Shown here in pieces: positions 30,537 through 41,393 of a DNA stretch of 60,197 bases (positions are counted from its first letter, which is position 1; every line of letters starts with the position of its first letter). The stretch lies in assembly GCA_018396535.1 (NCBI GenBank), contig JAGTQC010000009.1, forward strand, positions 1-60,197. Reading direction: 5' to 3'. The stretch is from Candidatus Bathyarchaeota archaeon. GTDB taxonomy: Archaea > Thermoproteota > CALKCG01 > B24 > DRYS01. The translations under genes and the position numbers were made by a program. The notes beneath the pieces are model-generated. The model worked only from the letters and a program-made list of their open reading frames with translations, ran no database searches and was not told where the DNA came from.

Positions 30537-31405
30537 AGGATGGTCTCAGAGAATAGTTCGATGAAGCTATCGGTATCCACCTCTACCGGTATCCTAATCC
30601 TTGATCCACCGCTATATTCTATAGTACAGCCTCTGGTAGGCCCCTCTGAGAGCTCAACTTTAACTTCAACCTCTCTATATCTAGCTAAGTTTGGCTTTAC
30701 AGCTAGAGCGATTGTAAGCGGGTCATGAAGTATAGGGTTAACTCTACCAGTATGCTCCATCCATGCCCTCATCATATTGTATATAAGCTTATGCTCAGTT
30801 TTAACGCTTGATTTAATCTTTTCGATAAGACTCGTAGGCATGATACATCTAAGAGTTGTATCTAAAGTTACTAGTATAGGTTTAAGATTGTGCAGAACGT
30901 TATATGCGGCTTCAGGATCGCATCTAATATTGTACTCAGCTCTACCTCCATAAAGATAGCCGCCCATCGATACTAACTTGCATTTGGATAGTTTATCAGG
31001 GTATAGTAGGAAAGCTAAAGCTATGTTGGTCATCGGTCCTATGGATACGATGGTTGTCCCAGCTTCAGCTTCGTGGGCTATAATACTGTAGGCATCTATA
31101 GTTGATATATTCTGCTTTTCTTCTATATGATTATCGAGGATGGATGCTTGGCATGGGATACTAGAGGGTTTAAACCCTAAGAGTGTATACATCGAGCCTA
31201 AAGCTACAAGCTTCTTTAGACCTAGGCTTGAGAGAAGCTTAGATGCAAGTCTTCCTCTAGAAAATATATCGCCATATACTACAGTTACAGATCTAAGTTC
31301 GGCTTCGCTAAGCTTCGATGCGAATAGTAGTGCTAAAGCATCGTCGATATCATCGCCTATATCCGTATCTACATGTATAGGGATTATACTACGCATATAT
31401 TCCAC
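30533..31405 (-). CDS. Nucleoside hydrolase (IUNH family)
   Basis: DTDIGDDIDD, GPMTN, MGG, EYNIRCDPEAA, HDP. Confidence 0.92.
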   Translation of the reverse strand: MEYMRSIIPIHVDTDIGDDIDDALALLFASKLSEAELRSVTVVYGDIFSRGRLASKLLSSLGLKKLVALGSMYTLLGFKPSSIPCQASILDNHIEEKQNISTIDAYSIIAHEAEAGTTIVSIGPMTNIALAFLLYPDKLSKCKLVSMGGYLYGGRAEYNIRCDPEAAYNVLHNLKPILVTLDTTLRCIMPTSLIEKIKSSVKTEHKLIYNMMRAWMEHTGRVNPILHDPLTIALAVKPNLARYREVEVKVELSEGPTRGCTIEYSGGSRIRIPVEVDTDSFIELFSETIL

Positions 31406-31457
31406 CCGATAGATTTAACTCTCATACATTTTAGATTTAATCTTGGCGGCGATCTAA

Positions 31458-32444
31458 ATGCACTCAGTTAGGGATGATACTAATAGGAAGGAGATAGAGA
31501 TACTTAGGATACTTAGTGAACATCGAGAACCTGTAGGATCTACGATCATAAGGAATGAGCTTTCTAAGAGGGGTTTCCTTCTAAGCGATAGAGCTGTAAG
31601 ATACCATCTTAAGATATTGGAGGAGCGAGGATTAGTTAAAGGGGTTGGAGTTGAAGGTAGGATTATCACGGATAAAGGTTTGGATGAGCTTAGGAGATCG
31701 TTAGCGTATGAGAGGATCGGTTCTATACTAACTAGGTATCTATCGCTAGCTTATAGAGTTACATACAGCTTAGATGATGAAAGAGGAGATGTTGTAGCGA
31801 ACGTTATGGTGGTAGATAAGGATTATAGAGAGTATGTGATGAATATCCTAAAGCTTTTAAAAGATAGGGATCTATTACCAGCACCATACTATAAGATCAT
31901 AGATGGAGAAGAAGAGTATAGAGGTGTATACGCTCCTGAGGGTAGGATAATAGTTTTTACTGTATGTAACCTTACGATAGATGGTATACTAATACATTCA
32001 GGTGTACCGTTAATCCTTAGGTATGGCGGTCTCGTACAATTCATAGATTATAAGCCATTAAGGTTTACAGAACTTATAGCTTACGAAGGTACCACCATTC
32101 CTCCACTAGAAGTTTTTATATATAGAAGAATGACATCTATAATGCGTTATATAAGTTCTGGATCAGGATTAATACCTGCAAATCTTAGAGAAATCCCTAT
32201 GGAAGCATATAACGAGGTTAAAGATATCATAGATACATTACATGATAAGGGTTGGAGAGGGATAGTTATGTTAGGTAAGCCTAATGAGCCTATCCTAGGT
32301 ATACCAGTATCCATGGATAGGTTTGGTTTATCTATGGTAGGCGGACTCATACCTTCAGCAGCGTTGGTAGAGATAGGTATAGCCGTAGATATATTCGCAC
32401 CGCATCTATTGATGCCTATAGAAGATATGGAGTTTATAGCTTAA
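31458..32444 (+). CDS. NrpR-family regulator (wHTH plus one NRD domain; NrpRI-like)
   Basis: EILRIL...VGSTII...RAVRYHL wHTH; TVCNLTIDGIL, RFTELIAYEGTTIPPLEVF, ANLREIP. Confidence 0.88.
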   Translation: MHSVRDDTNRKEIEILRILSEHREPVGSTIIRNELSKRGFLLSDRAVRYHLKILEERGLVKGVGVEGRIITDKGLDELRRSLAYERIGSILTRYLSLAYRVTYSLDDERGDVVANVMVVDKDYREYVMNILKLLKDRDLLPAPYYKIIDGEEEYRGVYAPEGRIIVFTVCNLTIDGILIHSGVPLILRYGGLVQFIDYKPLRFTELIAYEGTTIPPLEVFIYRRMTSIMRYISSGSGLIPANLREIPMEAYNEVKDIIDTLHDKGWRGIVMLGKPNEPILGIPVSMDRFGLSMVGGLIPSAALVEIGIAVDIFAPHLLMPIEDMEFIA

Positions 32445-33454
32445 GCTAGGAATTTAAGCTTGCTATAATCCACTATATTCAGAGGTTTCTCACCTGAGAA
32501 GAACCTTCTGAAATCCTCTACTACCACCCCGAATAGCATACTTATCCTTTCATCTGATAAACCCGCTATATGGGGTGTGAGAAATACGTTATCCAAATCA
32601 TAGAGAGGGCTATCCTCTGGTAGAGGCTCCTTTTCGAATACATCTAACGCAGCCCACGCGATCCTCCTACCCCTCAAAGCTTTAATCAAAGCCTCCTCAT
32701 CTACCAAGGCTCCTCTAGCAGTATTGATTAGTATAGCGTTAGGTTTCATAAGGTTGAACTCCCTTTCACCTATCATATGATATGTTTCAGATGTCGAAGC
32801 AGCATGTAAGCTTACTATATCCGACATAGATAGTAGCTTATCTAAATCCGTCTTCTCTACTCCATAACTCTCTACTTCATCTATACTTACGTAAGGATCG
32901 TATACCAGGATCCTCACATTGAATGGTTTAAGAAGCTTAACGAGTTCACGAGCTACAAACCCGAATCCTACTAAACCTATAGTTTTCCCTCTAAGATCAT
33001 ATGTATGCACAGTCCTCTCCTCCCTATACCTCCAATCCCTCCTACGCATAGCCTCTATATGCTGTGGTATAGCTCTCAGGCAATTCAGTATCATAGCTAG
33101 GGTGAACTCTGCTACACCGACACCTATAGCTGAAGCAGCGTTCACTACAACTATACCTCTTTTAAAAACCTCATCTGTAACGTATGGCTTAACGCTTCCA
33201 GCAGCATGACCTATAATCTTAAGCCTATCAGCGTTAGCTAACACCTTCTCAGTAAACCTAGGTGAACCCCAGCTTGTTATACAACCATCCACCCCTCTTA
33301 TAAGCTCTGCAAGCTCATCCTCTGTTAGATTCCTATCGTACGGGTTAAACATTACGTCTGCGAAACAGCGGAGTTTCTCCTCATCATCAACTCTAGAAAC
33401 CCTTCTATACAACCCCCTCGGTATAGTAACTAAAACCTTTACATTACGGTTCAA
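32441..33454 (-). CDS. D-2-hydroxyacid dehydrogenase family protein
   Basis: GFGFVA, YDPY, NTARG, LDVFEKEP, TPHIAG. Confidence 0.92.
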   Translation of the reverse strand: MNRNVKVLVTIPRGLYRRVSRVDDEEKLRCFADVMFNPYDRNLTEDELAELIRGVDGCITSWGSPRFTEKVLANADRLKIIGHAAGSVKPYVTDEVFKRGIVVVNAASAIGVGVAEFTLAMILNCLRAIPQHIEAMRRRDWRYREERTVHTYDLRGKTIGLVGFGFVARELVKLLKPFNVRILVYDPYVSIDEVESYGVEKTDLDKLLSMSDIVSLHAASTSETYHMIGEREFNLMKPNAILINTARGALVDEEALIKALRGRRIAWAALDVFEKEPLPEDSPLYDLDNVFLTPHIAGLSDERISMLFGVVVEDFRRFFSGEKPLNIVDYSKLKFLA

Positions 33455-33473
33455 AGAAGCACCTCCACAGATA

Positions 33474-34277
33474 CTATAAGCTACATATTATCTTCCTTAT
33501 ATACGCTATATCTCTCCTAGTAATATCGATAATCTTATCTATGCTTTCATCGTATTCGCTATGAAGGGATACAGGGCCTTCGAAGCCTATGCTTCTAAGT
33601 ATTTCGAAAACCTTACCCCATGGAACCAACCCTTCACCTAGTGGAACAGTATGAGCAACCCATCCCCGCTCTGTTTTAAACCATCCGAAATCCTTAACCG
33701 CAACCATAACGATTCTATCACTAAGCATATCCATACCCATAAGCCATCCTGCAAGCCCCCCCTCCACAGCCATATGACCAGGATCTATATATGCACCGAT
33801 ATATTCTGGATCAAACCCCTCTAGTATGGATCCTAGTATCGCAGGCTCAGCTGTCATGTACATACCTGAATGCGTATGTAACCCAGCGGTTATGCTATAC
33901 TCTCTGCAAAGCTTCTCTATACCTTTCAGACTTCTCCGTATATCCTCAATCTGCTTTCTAAGATATCCAAACCCCATATACCTCCAGTAACCTAGCTTAA
34001 CATACTCTACTCCAAGCCTAGATGCTATCGAGAATACTTCCTTAGCATAGGGTTCGTCAGAAGATGTTATAGACGTCGTTATCATAGGAACCGTCAACCC
34101 TCTACTCCTAAATATATCTACAGCTTCTACAAGCTTCTCTGAGACACTACTAGGTTCTATATATCCTCCAGGTCTGACCGTTAAATCTATCCCTTCAAAC
34201 CCCATACTGACAGCTAGATCTGCAAACCCCTCCATAGGCATGGATTGGAACATCTTAGAGAATAGTATAATCTTCAT
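33474..34277 (-). CDS. Sugar phosphate isomerase/epimerase (TIM barrel)
   Basis: DLTVRPGG, HTHSG, DPGH, AVKDF, SLHSEY. Confidence 0.88.
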   Translation of the reverse strand: MKIILFSKMFQSMPMEGFADLAVSMGFEGIDLTVRPGGYIEPSSVSEKLVEAVDIFRSRGLTVPMITTSITSSDEPYAKEVFSIASRLGVEYVKLGYWRYMGFGYLRKQIEDIRRSLKGIEKLCREYSITAGLHTHSGMYMTAEPAILGSILEGFDPEYIGAYIDPGHMAVEGGLAGWLMGMDMLSDRIVMVAVKDFGWFKTERGWVAHTVPLGEGLVPWGKVFEILRSIGFEGPVSLHSEYDESIDKIIDITRRDIAYIRKIICSL

Positions 34278-34295
34278 AGTAATACACCTCTAAGC

Positions 34296-35312
34296 CTATC
34301 CTATAGTTGAGGAAGCTATAAGCTCTACAAACTCCATAGTCTTAACAGCATCATCGAAGCTAGTCTCAGGCTCCACGTCATTCTTTATACAATCTATGAA
34401 ATATCTATTTTCCTGAAGGAATCCATATGTTATATGGAAATCTCTGATACCGCCGACTAAATCTAGGTTTCTTAGAATCTCGATTTCTCCATAAGGTTTA
34501 TCTTCTCTAAGAATGTATGCTACCTGCTTCTCAGGAGGATCTAATGGTAGGTCAACCATAGCCCATATACCTTTAGAATGCATCTCGAAATAGTGGATCC
34601 TACCTCCAGATGAGTAGTTTGAGTATAGATGACCTACACATCCACTATCAAACACTATTAGAGCGTTAAAGCTATTCGGATAATCAACATAGAACTTCGA
34701 TACATAGCTAGAAACCTTTACAGGTTCACCTCCCATAAACCTCAACGCATCTACAGCATGAATAACATCTGCAACTAGATAGCTTACAGAACCCCAAGGC
34801 TGAGGCTCGTTTAGGGCATTCTTATGGAAGACTGCTAGACAATGCGTTATCTTCCCATACTCCTCTACTATACTCTTAGCCTTCCTAAATACTGGTATAA
34901 ACCTCCTATTAAATCCAACCATACCTTTACACCCATACTTCCTAGCTGCTTTAGCCATCATCCTGGTTTCAGATGATGAAACTCCAGGAGGCTTCTCTAT
35001 GAATACACTTAACCCACGTTTAAGACATTCGATAACTATGGAGGTCATAGGTTCAGCATCGGCGTAGAAGCCTACAGGTATCGGAGACATAACAACGTAG
35101 ACAGCATCTAGAGATACTGTATCTAGCATATCCCTATAACGTTTAAACCTATATTCTATACCGTACAGGTCCCCTATAGATCTAAGCCTCTCCTCATTGA
35201 GATCGCATATAGCTTTCAACTCTACATCAGGAAAGCTGGCGAGAGAAGGGTAATGTACCCTAGTCGCATGCCGACCAGCACCTATAAACCCTACTCTAAC
35301 CCTATCGCACAA
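34296..35312 (-). CDS. Gfo/Idh/MocA oxidoreductase
   Basis: GFIGAG, EKP, GFNRRF, DVIHAVD. Confidence 0.92.
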   Translation of the reverse strand: MCDRVRVGFIGAGRHATRVHYPSLASFPDVELKAICDLNEERLRSIGDLYGIEYRFKRYRDMLDTVSLDAVYVVMSPIPVGFYADAEPMTSIVIECLKRGLSVFIEKPPGVSSSETRMMAKAARKYGCKGMVGFNRRFIPVFRKAKSIVEEYGKITHCLAVFHKNALNEPQPWGSVSYLVADVIHAVDALRFMGGEPVKVSSYVSKFYVDYPNSFNALIVFDSGCVGHLYSNYSSGGRIHYFEMHSKGIWAMVDLPLDPPEKQVAYILREDKPYGEIEILRNLDLVGGIRDFHITYGFLQENRYFIDCIKNDVEPETSFDDAVKTMEFVELIASSTIG

Positions 35313-35435
35313 AGCTATACCTCCACCTCGCTTATAGGATGATCAACTATGGATATATATAGAAGATGGATTACGATAACCGGCATACCTATTATCAACA
35401 ATAGCTGCCTAGCATCAGCCTTCCACACCGTACTA

Positions 35436-36374
35436 CTAACTAGATATAATACTTCTAATATATTCTACTCCATCCCTAACTTCCTTATCAACGTCTTCAA
35501 ACGAGACAAGTTTATGTTTAACATATCTAGGTGAACATATCTCGTATGATACATATCTATCATAACCTATATCTCTAAGCGTATTTATGAATGGTTTCGC
35601 TATCCTACCGAATAACCCTGTACCTAGCGGTACTCTTTCTAGCCTTGTAGCTCTTATAGCCGATCCTCCACCACCTTGTATCCATATGAATTTTCCACTC
35701 CTCTCGATCGAATCTCCTACATGTACATGTACAAGTATATCCCTAACCCTATGATAAATCCTTCGTAAATCTTCTTCGATGTTATCAGAGTATGGATCTA
35801 CATCGCCAGTCCATAAGAGTAGTTCTGGATCTATACATGCCTTAAGGTTTGATGATCCAACCTCATCTATCATGGATAATACATCCTCGTAGGATTCTAT
35901 TATAGGTGGATGATTTTGTAGAGCTAGGATTACATCATACTCCTCTGCGAATCTAGAAGCCTCCTTCAATCCATCCCTACATAGCTCCCACTGCCTCCAG
36001 TATGGTATACTCGGATCTACATCTCTCATCCCCGCTGCGAAAACTCTAACCGTTTTTACATCTAAATCCGATGCAAGTTTAATAACTTCCTTAGCGTATA
36101 ATATGTTAAGCTCCCTTCTAAACTCGTCTGGCCCCGAGAAATCGGTGTAGGATGCTAGGACCGGTATCTCCACGTTATATGATGAAGCCTCCTCCACTAT
36201 CCTACGCCTAGTTTTCGAATCTAGATCTATAGGAGATGCATGAGGTCTCTTAGCCATAAGCTCTACTCCATCATACCCATACTTAGCGACTCTAGCTATA
36301 ACCTCCTCGATACTTAGAGGCTTACCTATATAGAAGAATCCTGAATAGCTTACAGAGTGGAGGGATACCTTCAT
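35436..36374 (-). CDS. Sugar phosphate isomerase/epimerase (TIM barrel)
   Basis: GYDGVEL, LQNH, HVHVGD, VSYEIC. Confidence 0.88.
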   Translation of the reverse strand: MKVSLHSVSYSGFFYIGKPLSIEEVIARVAKYGYDGVELMAKRPHASPIDLDSKTRRRIVEEASSYNVEIPVLASYTDFSGPDEFRRELNILYAKEVIKLASDLDVKTVRVFAAGMRDVDPSIPYWRQWELCRDGLKEASRFAEEYDVILALQNHPPIIESYEDVLSMIDEVGSSNLKACIDPELLLWTGDVDPYSDNIEEDLRRIYHRVRDILVHVHVGDSIERSGKFIWIQGGGGSAIRATRLERVPLGTGLFGRIAKPFINTLRDIGYDRYVSYEICSPRYVKHKLVSFEDVDKEVRDGVEYIRSIISS

Positions 36375-36414
36375 ATCATCTTCTAAACTATATTCTACGA
36401 TCTATTAAAGATAG

Positions 36415-37119
36415 CTAGTATACGATCCCCATCCTCCTCAGTACATCTACTACATACTTCTCAGCTTCATCTACGATCCTCTTGAATAGATCCTCCCCAT
36501 CCTCTCTAGATGCTCTACTAGGCTCCCCCCATACACCTGTAGGCGTTAATTCATCCATAGGCATGTAATCTAGGAAATCCCTAGTAGCTCTAGGTTTATA
36601 ATCCCCCTGCAGCCCGCCGACTAGATCCGGCTTCAAGTATAGCATTAAGGATGTTTCATGAAAACCTGCATGTATATCCTCGGCATATCTAGAACCGAAG
36701 TACATACCACCTAAATCTACAAGTACTGCTAAAGGTTTTCTACCAAATCTATGATTCATCTCTCTAACTATACTTTTAAGATTATAGTTTCCTCCATGCC
36801 CATTAACTATTACTAAAGCTTTGAATCCATGAGCCCTAAGCGATAGAGCTATATCCCTTAGTAGGAAGTATAATGTAGAAGGCTTAAGCCATATAGTAGA
36901 TGTATAATTGCTATGCTCTATAGAGCAACTGTAGGGTATGGGTGGTAGTAGGAGCCCCCCTATCCTACTAGTTAAAGCTCTACCAACCTCGTAGGCTATA
37001 ATTGTGTCAGTAGATACCGGTAGGTGTAGACCATGCTGCTCCATAGAGCCTATAGGTTGTACAGCTATAGCTGGTTTAACCCTAGATATATCTAGCTCAC
37101 TATTCTCATACGAAAGCAT
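36415..37119 (-). CDS. Creatininase/creatinine amidohydrolase family protein
   Basis: GSMEQHGLHLPVSTD, NGHGGN, HAGFHETS. Confidence 0.92.
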   Translation of the reverse strand: MLSYENSELDISRVKPAIAVQPIGSMEQHGLHLPVSTDTIIAYEVGRALTSRIGGLLLPPIPYSCSIEHSNYTSTIWLKPSTLYFLLRDIALSLRAHGFKALVIVNGHGGNYNLKSIVREMNHRFGRKPLAVLVDLGGMYFGSRYAEDIHAGFHETSLMLYLKPDLVGGLQGDYKPRATRDFLDYMPMDELTPTGVWGEPSRASREDGEDLFKRIVDEAEKYVVDVLRRMGIVY

Positions 37120-37247
37120 AGGATAACGTTTACCTTTCAGGTATAATAAAACTAACCTAGGATTACGTAGTCAAGCATTATACGGTTAACTCTAAGTGAT
37201 ATATAGCAATCTTTATCTACTATCCTAAGCTTCGATAGAGTTGGGGT

Positions 37248-38327
37248 ATGGATGTATATAGTAGGGTTATGTGCGTTCTGAATGGAGGTATACCTGATCG
37301 TATACCTATGCTAATATATTCAAACCATCTACCTAGAGGTAGGTTTGAGCGTGAAGTTAGGAATATGGGTTTAGGATTAGATGTTAGGTGTAGCGTTTAC
37401 AAAGCTTACATGCCTAACGTTAGAGTTGAGGAGAGGAGATCTGGAGACTACGTCTATACAATCTACCATACACCTAAGGGCTGCCTCTCGATGACTACTA
37501 GAGTTGGATTAAGATTCCAGCTTCCAGGTGGAAGCTGGGTAGCTGAGCATCCAGTTAAGAGTGTAGAGGATATCGAAGCTTTAAAGTATATGATTAGGGA
37601 TACCGTCTATGAGCCTAGCTATGATGAGTATCTACAGCTTAAGAAGGATCTAGAAGGGGATGGGATTGTTACAGTAGGAGCCGATTACACACCTTTAATG
37701 AAGCTTATCGTAAGGTATATGGGGTTTAGGAATTTCGCTCTAATACTCATGAAGAAACCGAATATTATCGATGATCTAGTACGGGAAATCGATGAAAAAT
37801 ATGAGGAGATGTATAGGGTTATAGCCGATTCTCCAGCTGAGATAGTTAGGATAGGTGATAATATAGATGGTAGGATTATATCTCCTAAACTATTCGAGAA
37901 GTACTGCCTACCATACTATAATAGGTATTCTAGGATTCTTAAAGCTAAGGGTAAGAAGGTTATATCCCATATGGATGGTAGACTTAAAACTTTGAAAAAC
38001 CTTATAGCTAAGACTGAGCTAGATGCTATAGAAGCTTTCACACCTCCACCAGGTGGGGATCTATCGGTAAGCGAAGCTAGAGCAGCGTGGAGCGGTAAGA
38101 TTATATGGATGAATTTTCCAGAAGCGATCTTTCTAAGAAGCCCTGAGGATATAGAAGCATACACGTTGAATCTACTAGAGGAGATAGCTCCAGGATCAGG
38201 CTTCATACTGAGTATAACAGAGGATATACATCCAGATCATCTTAAGAAGGGGTTGGGGATACTAGTGGAGACCGTATACAAGTATGGGGAGATACCGATT
38301 AGGAAACCTATTCGAAGCTATGTATAG
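37248..38327 (+). CDS. Uroporphyrinogen decarboxylase-like (URO-D/MtaA-CmuA superfamily) protein
   Basis: PDRIP N-terminus, TPKG, GDN...ISPKLFEKYCLPYY, HMDG. Confidence 0.82.
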   Translation: MDVYSRVMCVLNGGIPDRIPMLIYSNHLPRGRFEREVRNMGLGLDVRCSVYKAYMPNVRVEERRSGDYVYTIYHTPKGCLSMTTRVGLRFQLPGGSWVAEHPVKSVEDIEALKYMIRDTVYEPSYDEYLQLKKDLEGDGIVTVGADYTPLMKLIVRYMGFRNFALILMKKPNIIDDLVREIDEKYEEMYRVIADSPAEIVRIGDNIDGRIISPKLFEKYCLPYYNRYSRILKAKGKKVISHMDGRLKTLKNLIAKTELDAIEAFTPPPGGDLSVSEARAAWSGKIIWMNFPEAIFLRSPEDIEAYTLNLLEEIAPGSGFILSITEDIHPDHLKKGLGILVETVYKYGEIPIRKPIRSYV

Positions 38328-38331
38328 ATAG

Positions 38332-39066
38332 GTGGTTTACATGCTCGATGTAGCAGCTATCCTCTCGAGGAAACCCTTCGCAGTCGTTGCTCATAGAGGT
38401 GCAAGTAGCTACGAGCCTGAAAATACTCTTAGAGCCTTTAGGAGAGCTATAGATATGGAGGCTGATATGATCGAAGCCGATGTAAGGCTTTCGAAGGATG
38501 GTGTAACAGTAGTTATACATGATGAGAGTCTTGATAGGACTACAGGTGTAAGCGGATTAGTTAGAGATTATACTATAGATGAGCTTAGAAAGCTTAACGC
38601 AGGTCTAGGTGAGAGAATACCTCTACTCTCCGAAGTTTTAGAACTCGTTAAGGATAGGATCGGCTTCATACTAGAGGTTAAAGAAGTTGAAGCATCGATA
38701 CCATCCCTAGAATTAGTCGAGGAGATGGGTATGATGAAGCAGGTTCTATTCGCATCATTCCATCTAGATGCTCTAAGGATCATAGCTGATTCTAGTAGAA
38801 GCGCATACCTATGCCTCATATACTCTAAACCTGGTAGACAGCTATTCGAAGCTAGGGATTTAGGCTGTATAGCTGTAGCTCCGCATTATAGGCTTCTATC
38901 AGTAGAATCCATAGCTTCAGCTCATAGGCTTAGGCTTAAAGTTAACCCATGGACTATAGACGATCCGGAGACAGCTATCCGAGTTATAGAAATGGGTGCA
39001 GATGCTATAACGACGAATAAACCAGATGTAATAGTATCTTTAAAGAAATCCTATGTATCGAGATAG
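38332..39066 (+). CDS. Glycerophosphodiester phosphodiesterase
   Basis: AHRG...PENTL, EADV, HD, WTID, TTNKP. Confidence 0.93.
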   Translation: MVYMLDVAAILSRKPFAVVAHRGASSYEPENTLRAFRRAIDMEADMIEADVRLSKDGVTVVIHDESLDRTTGVSGLVRDYTIDELRKLNAGLGERIPLLSEVLELVKDRIGFILEVKEVEASIPSLELVEEMGMMKQVLFASFHLDALRIIADSSRSAYLCLIYSKPGRQLFEARDLGCIAVAPHYRLLSVESIASAHRLRLKVNPWTIDDPETAIRVIEMGADAITTNKPDVIVSLKKSYVSR

Positions 39067-39083
39067 ATTCTAGACTAGCTAAG

Positions 39084-40136
39084 CTAATCTCTATGCATAA
39101 GGAATTTCCTGAAGAACTGTATAGATTTCCTTCCAGACCAGCTATGCTCTCCAGGAAACACCTCTATCCATAGATTCTCAGGGTAGCCGCTCACCTCGTA
39201 TGCTCTCCTAATAGTTTCATGAGCTTTTAAAGCTGAATGTATCCAGAAGCATGTATCCGATGCACCGCTTTCTATAAGTAGAGGTTTAGGAGCTATCGCA
39301 GCTATAACATCAGGTACATCCGCATACTTGTATAGGTATGGTACTATCTGAGATCCGCAGAAATTCGGTCTAGATATAGCATAGTGCTCAGTCGTAGTAG
39401 CATAGCATATTATATCCGCAGCTTTTATCCTATCATCTAGTAGAGCTAGGTATGTAGTCATAGTTCCTCCGAAGGATAAACCCATACATCCTATCCTATC
39501 AGGATCAACCTCCCTCCTAGTAGTTAGGAAGTCTATAACTCTCATACCATCGAATATATTAGAGCCTAGTAGGGTTCTACCCAGTATCAAGTGTTGTAGG
39601 AAGTGTACGTTACATATATCCCTACCAGGATATGGGTTACGATAGGCTATACGTTCACCGAAGCTTCTCCAATCAGGTACTATCGTTACAAACCCTGCTA
39701 TAGCCATCTGCTCGCCATAGTTATAGTTATGCATAGCTATATTCGCCTTCCTATTCGGATCGTTGAAATGTACTCCTGCAACAGGATCCTTACCATATGG
39801 TCCATGTCCATGAGCACAGAGTATAGCAGGCTTCCTACCACCCCCATTCTTAGGTATCAGTAGATATAATGGTACATAGCAATCCTCCTCAGATTGTATC
39901 AGCCACTTCTCCCTTACATAATACTCAGTCTCCTCTGAGGATAATAGTTGAGGATCCAGCGGCGCCGGCTTAGGGAATTCCCCCAAAAGTTCCAGTATCT
40001 TAGCTTTAAGCTTAGCTTTCCACTCCTCAAATTCCTCTCTACTCCTAGCTTGGAAGGACATAGATGGTTTAATCCTCTTATAGAGTTTTAAGATGAAGTT
40101 ATCCGTAATCTGAGGAGCATCTACTATATCGACCAT
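39084..40136 (-). CDS. Alpha/beta hydrolase (dienelactone hydrolase/esterase-like)
   Basis: HGHG, nucleophile GLSFGG, C-terminal D and GEH. Confidence 0.88.
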   Translation of the reverse strand: MVDIVDAPQITDNFILKLYKRIKPSMSFQARSREEFEEWKAKLKAKILELLGEFPKPAPLDPQLLSSEETEYYVREKWLIQSEEDCYVPLYLLIPKNGGGRKPAILCAHGHGPYGKDPVAGVHFNDPNRKANIAMHNYNYGEQMAIAGFVTIVPDWRSFGERIAYRNPYPGRDICNVHFLQHLILGRTLLGSNIFDGMRVIDFLTTRREVDPDRIGCMGLSFGGTMTTYLALLDDRIKAADIICYATTTEHYAISRPNFCGSQIVPYLYKYADVPDVIAAIAPKPLLIESGASDTCFWIHSALKAHETIRRAYEVSGYPENLWIEVFPGEHSWSGRKSIQFFRKFLMHRD

Positions 40137-40160
40137 AACCTATACACCAAAATAGATTAG

Positions 40161-41246
40161 CTATTTCCCAATCTTAAATCGCTCCCTAACGATAGTTATG
40201 TATTCTACGTAGTTACGGAAGGATATATCAGCAGATACGGCGTGATCCACACTCACTATATACCCACCCTCCTCTGTAAGCTTAATCTTCCTCTCAACTT
40301 CCCTTCTAAGAGCTGATCCACCCGTTGCTAATACACGCTTATCTATGTTTCCTATCATTAGTAACTTCTCTCCATACCTTTCTCTAAGCCTAACAGCATC
40401 CATACCGGCGGCAGCTTCAAGCGGATATATACAGTTCACACCCCCCTCTATGAATAGATCGTTTAAAACTTCGTGATTCCCATCAGTATCCACCATTATT
40501 ATATCTATACCCCTACTCCTAAGGAATCCTGTAAGCTTCTTATAGCATGGAAGCATGAATTCTTCGAAGAGTTTAGGCGATATATGCGGGCCTCTATTAT
40601 AACACATATCCTCCCATATACTTACATAATCTAGCTTAACATTCTCTACTATATCCCTACTAGCTTCTATTAGGAAATCAGCCCAGAAATCCATGATATC
40701 GTGGATCAAACCTGGATCCCTGTAGAATGATATGAGAAGCCTTTCTAAACCCATGAGGTATCTAGCTTGACCGAAAAACCCGGGCATAGAGAGGCCTACT
40801 ACCCTATCTGTAGCCCTATAGTAGTCTATAAGCTCGGGGCTCCATGTCTTAGGATATCTCCTAATATCTCTTGGATCAAACCTCCCCCTAATCCTAATCC
40901 AGTCAGACCAATTCTTCACAGGGAAATTTATGAATGTAGGCATAGAGGTGGATGTTTTAAGCACCCTCATAGTTATACCCATATCATTAACTTCAATCCT
41001 ATACCTATCATTCTCCTCGAGAACTCTAGGTATAAACCTCGGTATAGGTCCATAATCCATGGGGAATGATTCACGTTTATCGAATCCGAAGTAATCGTAT
41101 ACATCGACACCGGCTGGAAGACCCTCACCCCTCCATCTATTTACCGTCTCAACCCAGAAACCTAGAAACTCATAGTATGGAGGTCTATCAACATCTTTAA
41201 ATCTCATATACCTTGCGAAACGTTCTCTAGAACTCATAAAAGTCAT
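40161..41246 (-). CDS. Uroporphyrinogen decarboxylase-like (URO-D/MtaA-CmuA superfamily) protein
   Basis: SSRERF...DRPP, WEDM, ISPKLFEEF, DTDG, PLE, GNID, DH; start ATG 41246 after an AGGTG SD. Confidence 0.85.
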   Translation of the reverse strand: MTFMSSRERFARYMRFKDVDRPPYYEFLGFWVETVNRWRGEGLPAGVDVYDYFGFDKRESFPMDYGPIPRFIPRVLEENDRYRIEVNDMGITMRVLKTSTSMPTFINFPVKNWSDWIRIRGRFDPRDIRRYPKTWSPELIDYYRATDRVVGLSMPGFFGQARYLMGLERLLISFYRDPGLIHDIMDFWADFLIEASRDIVENVKLDYVSIWEDMCYNRGPHISPKLFEEFMLPCYKKLTGFLRSRGIDIIMVDTDGNHEVLNDLFIEGGVNCIYPLEAAAGMDAVRLRERYGEKLLMIGNIDKRVLATGGSALRREVERKIKLTEEGGYIVSVDHAVSADISFRNYVEYITIVRERFKIGK

Positions 41247-41393
41247 GGAATAACACCTAAAACTAGTATGACAGCGATTCAGACTATTATAGTTATCGAG
41301 CTTACATTCAAGATACTTCTGCATCTGATGGAAGGAAAAGAAAAATTGATATTATCCTATAATATCTCTACGTAGTCGCTGAGGTGTAGAATC

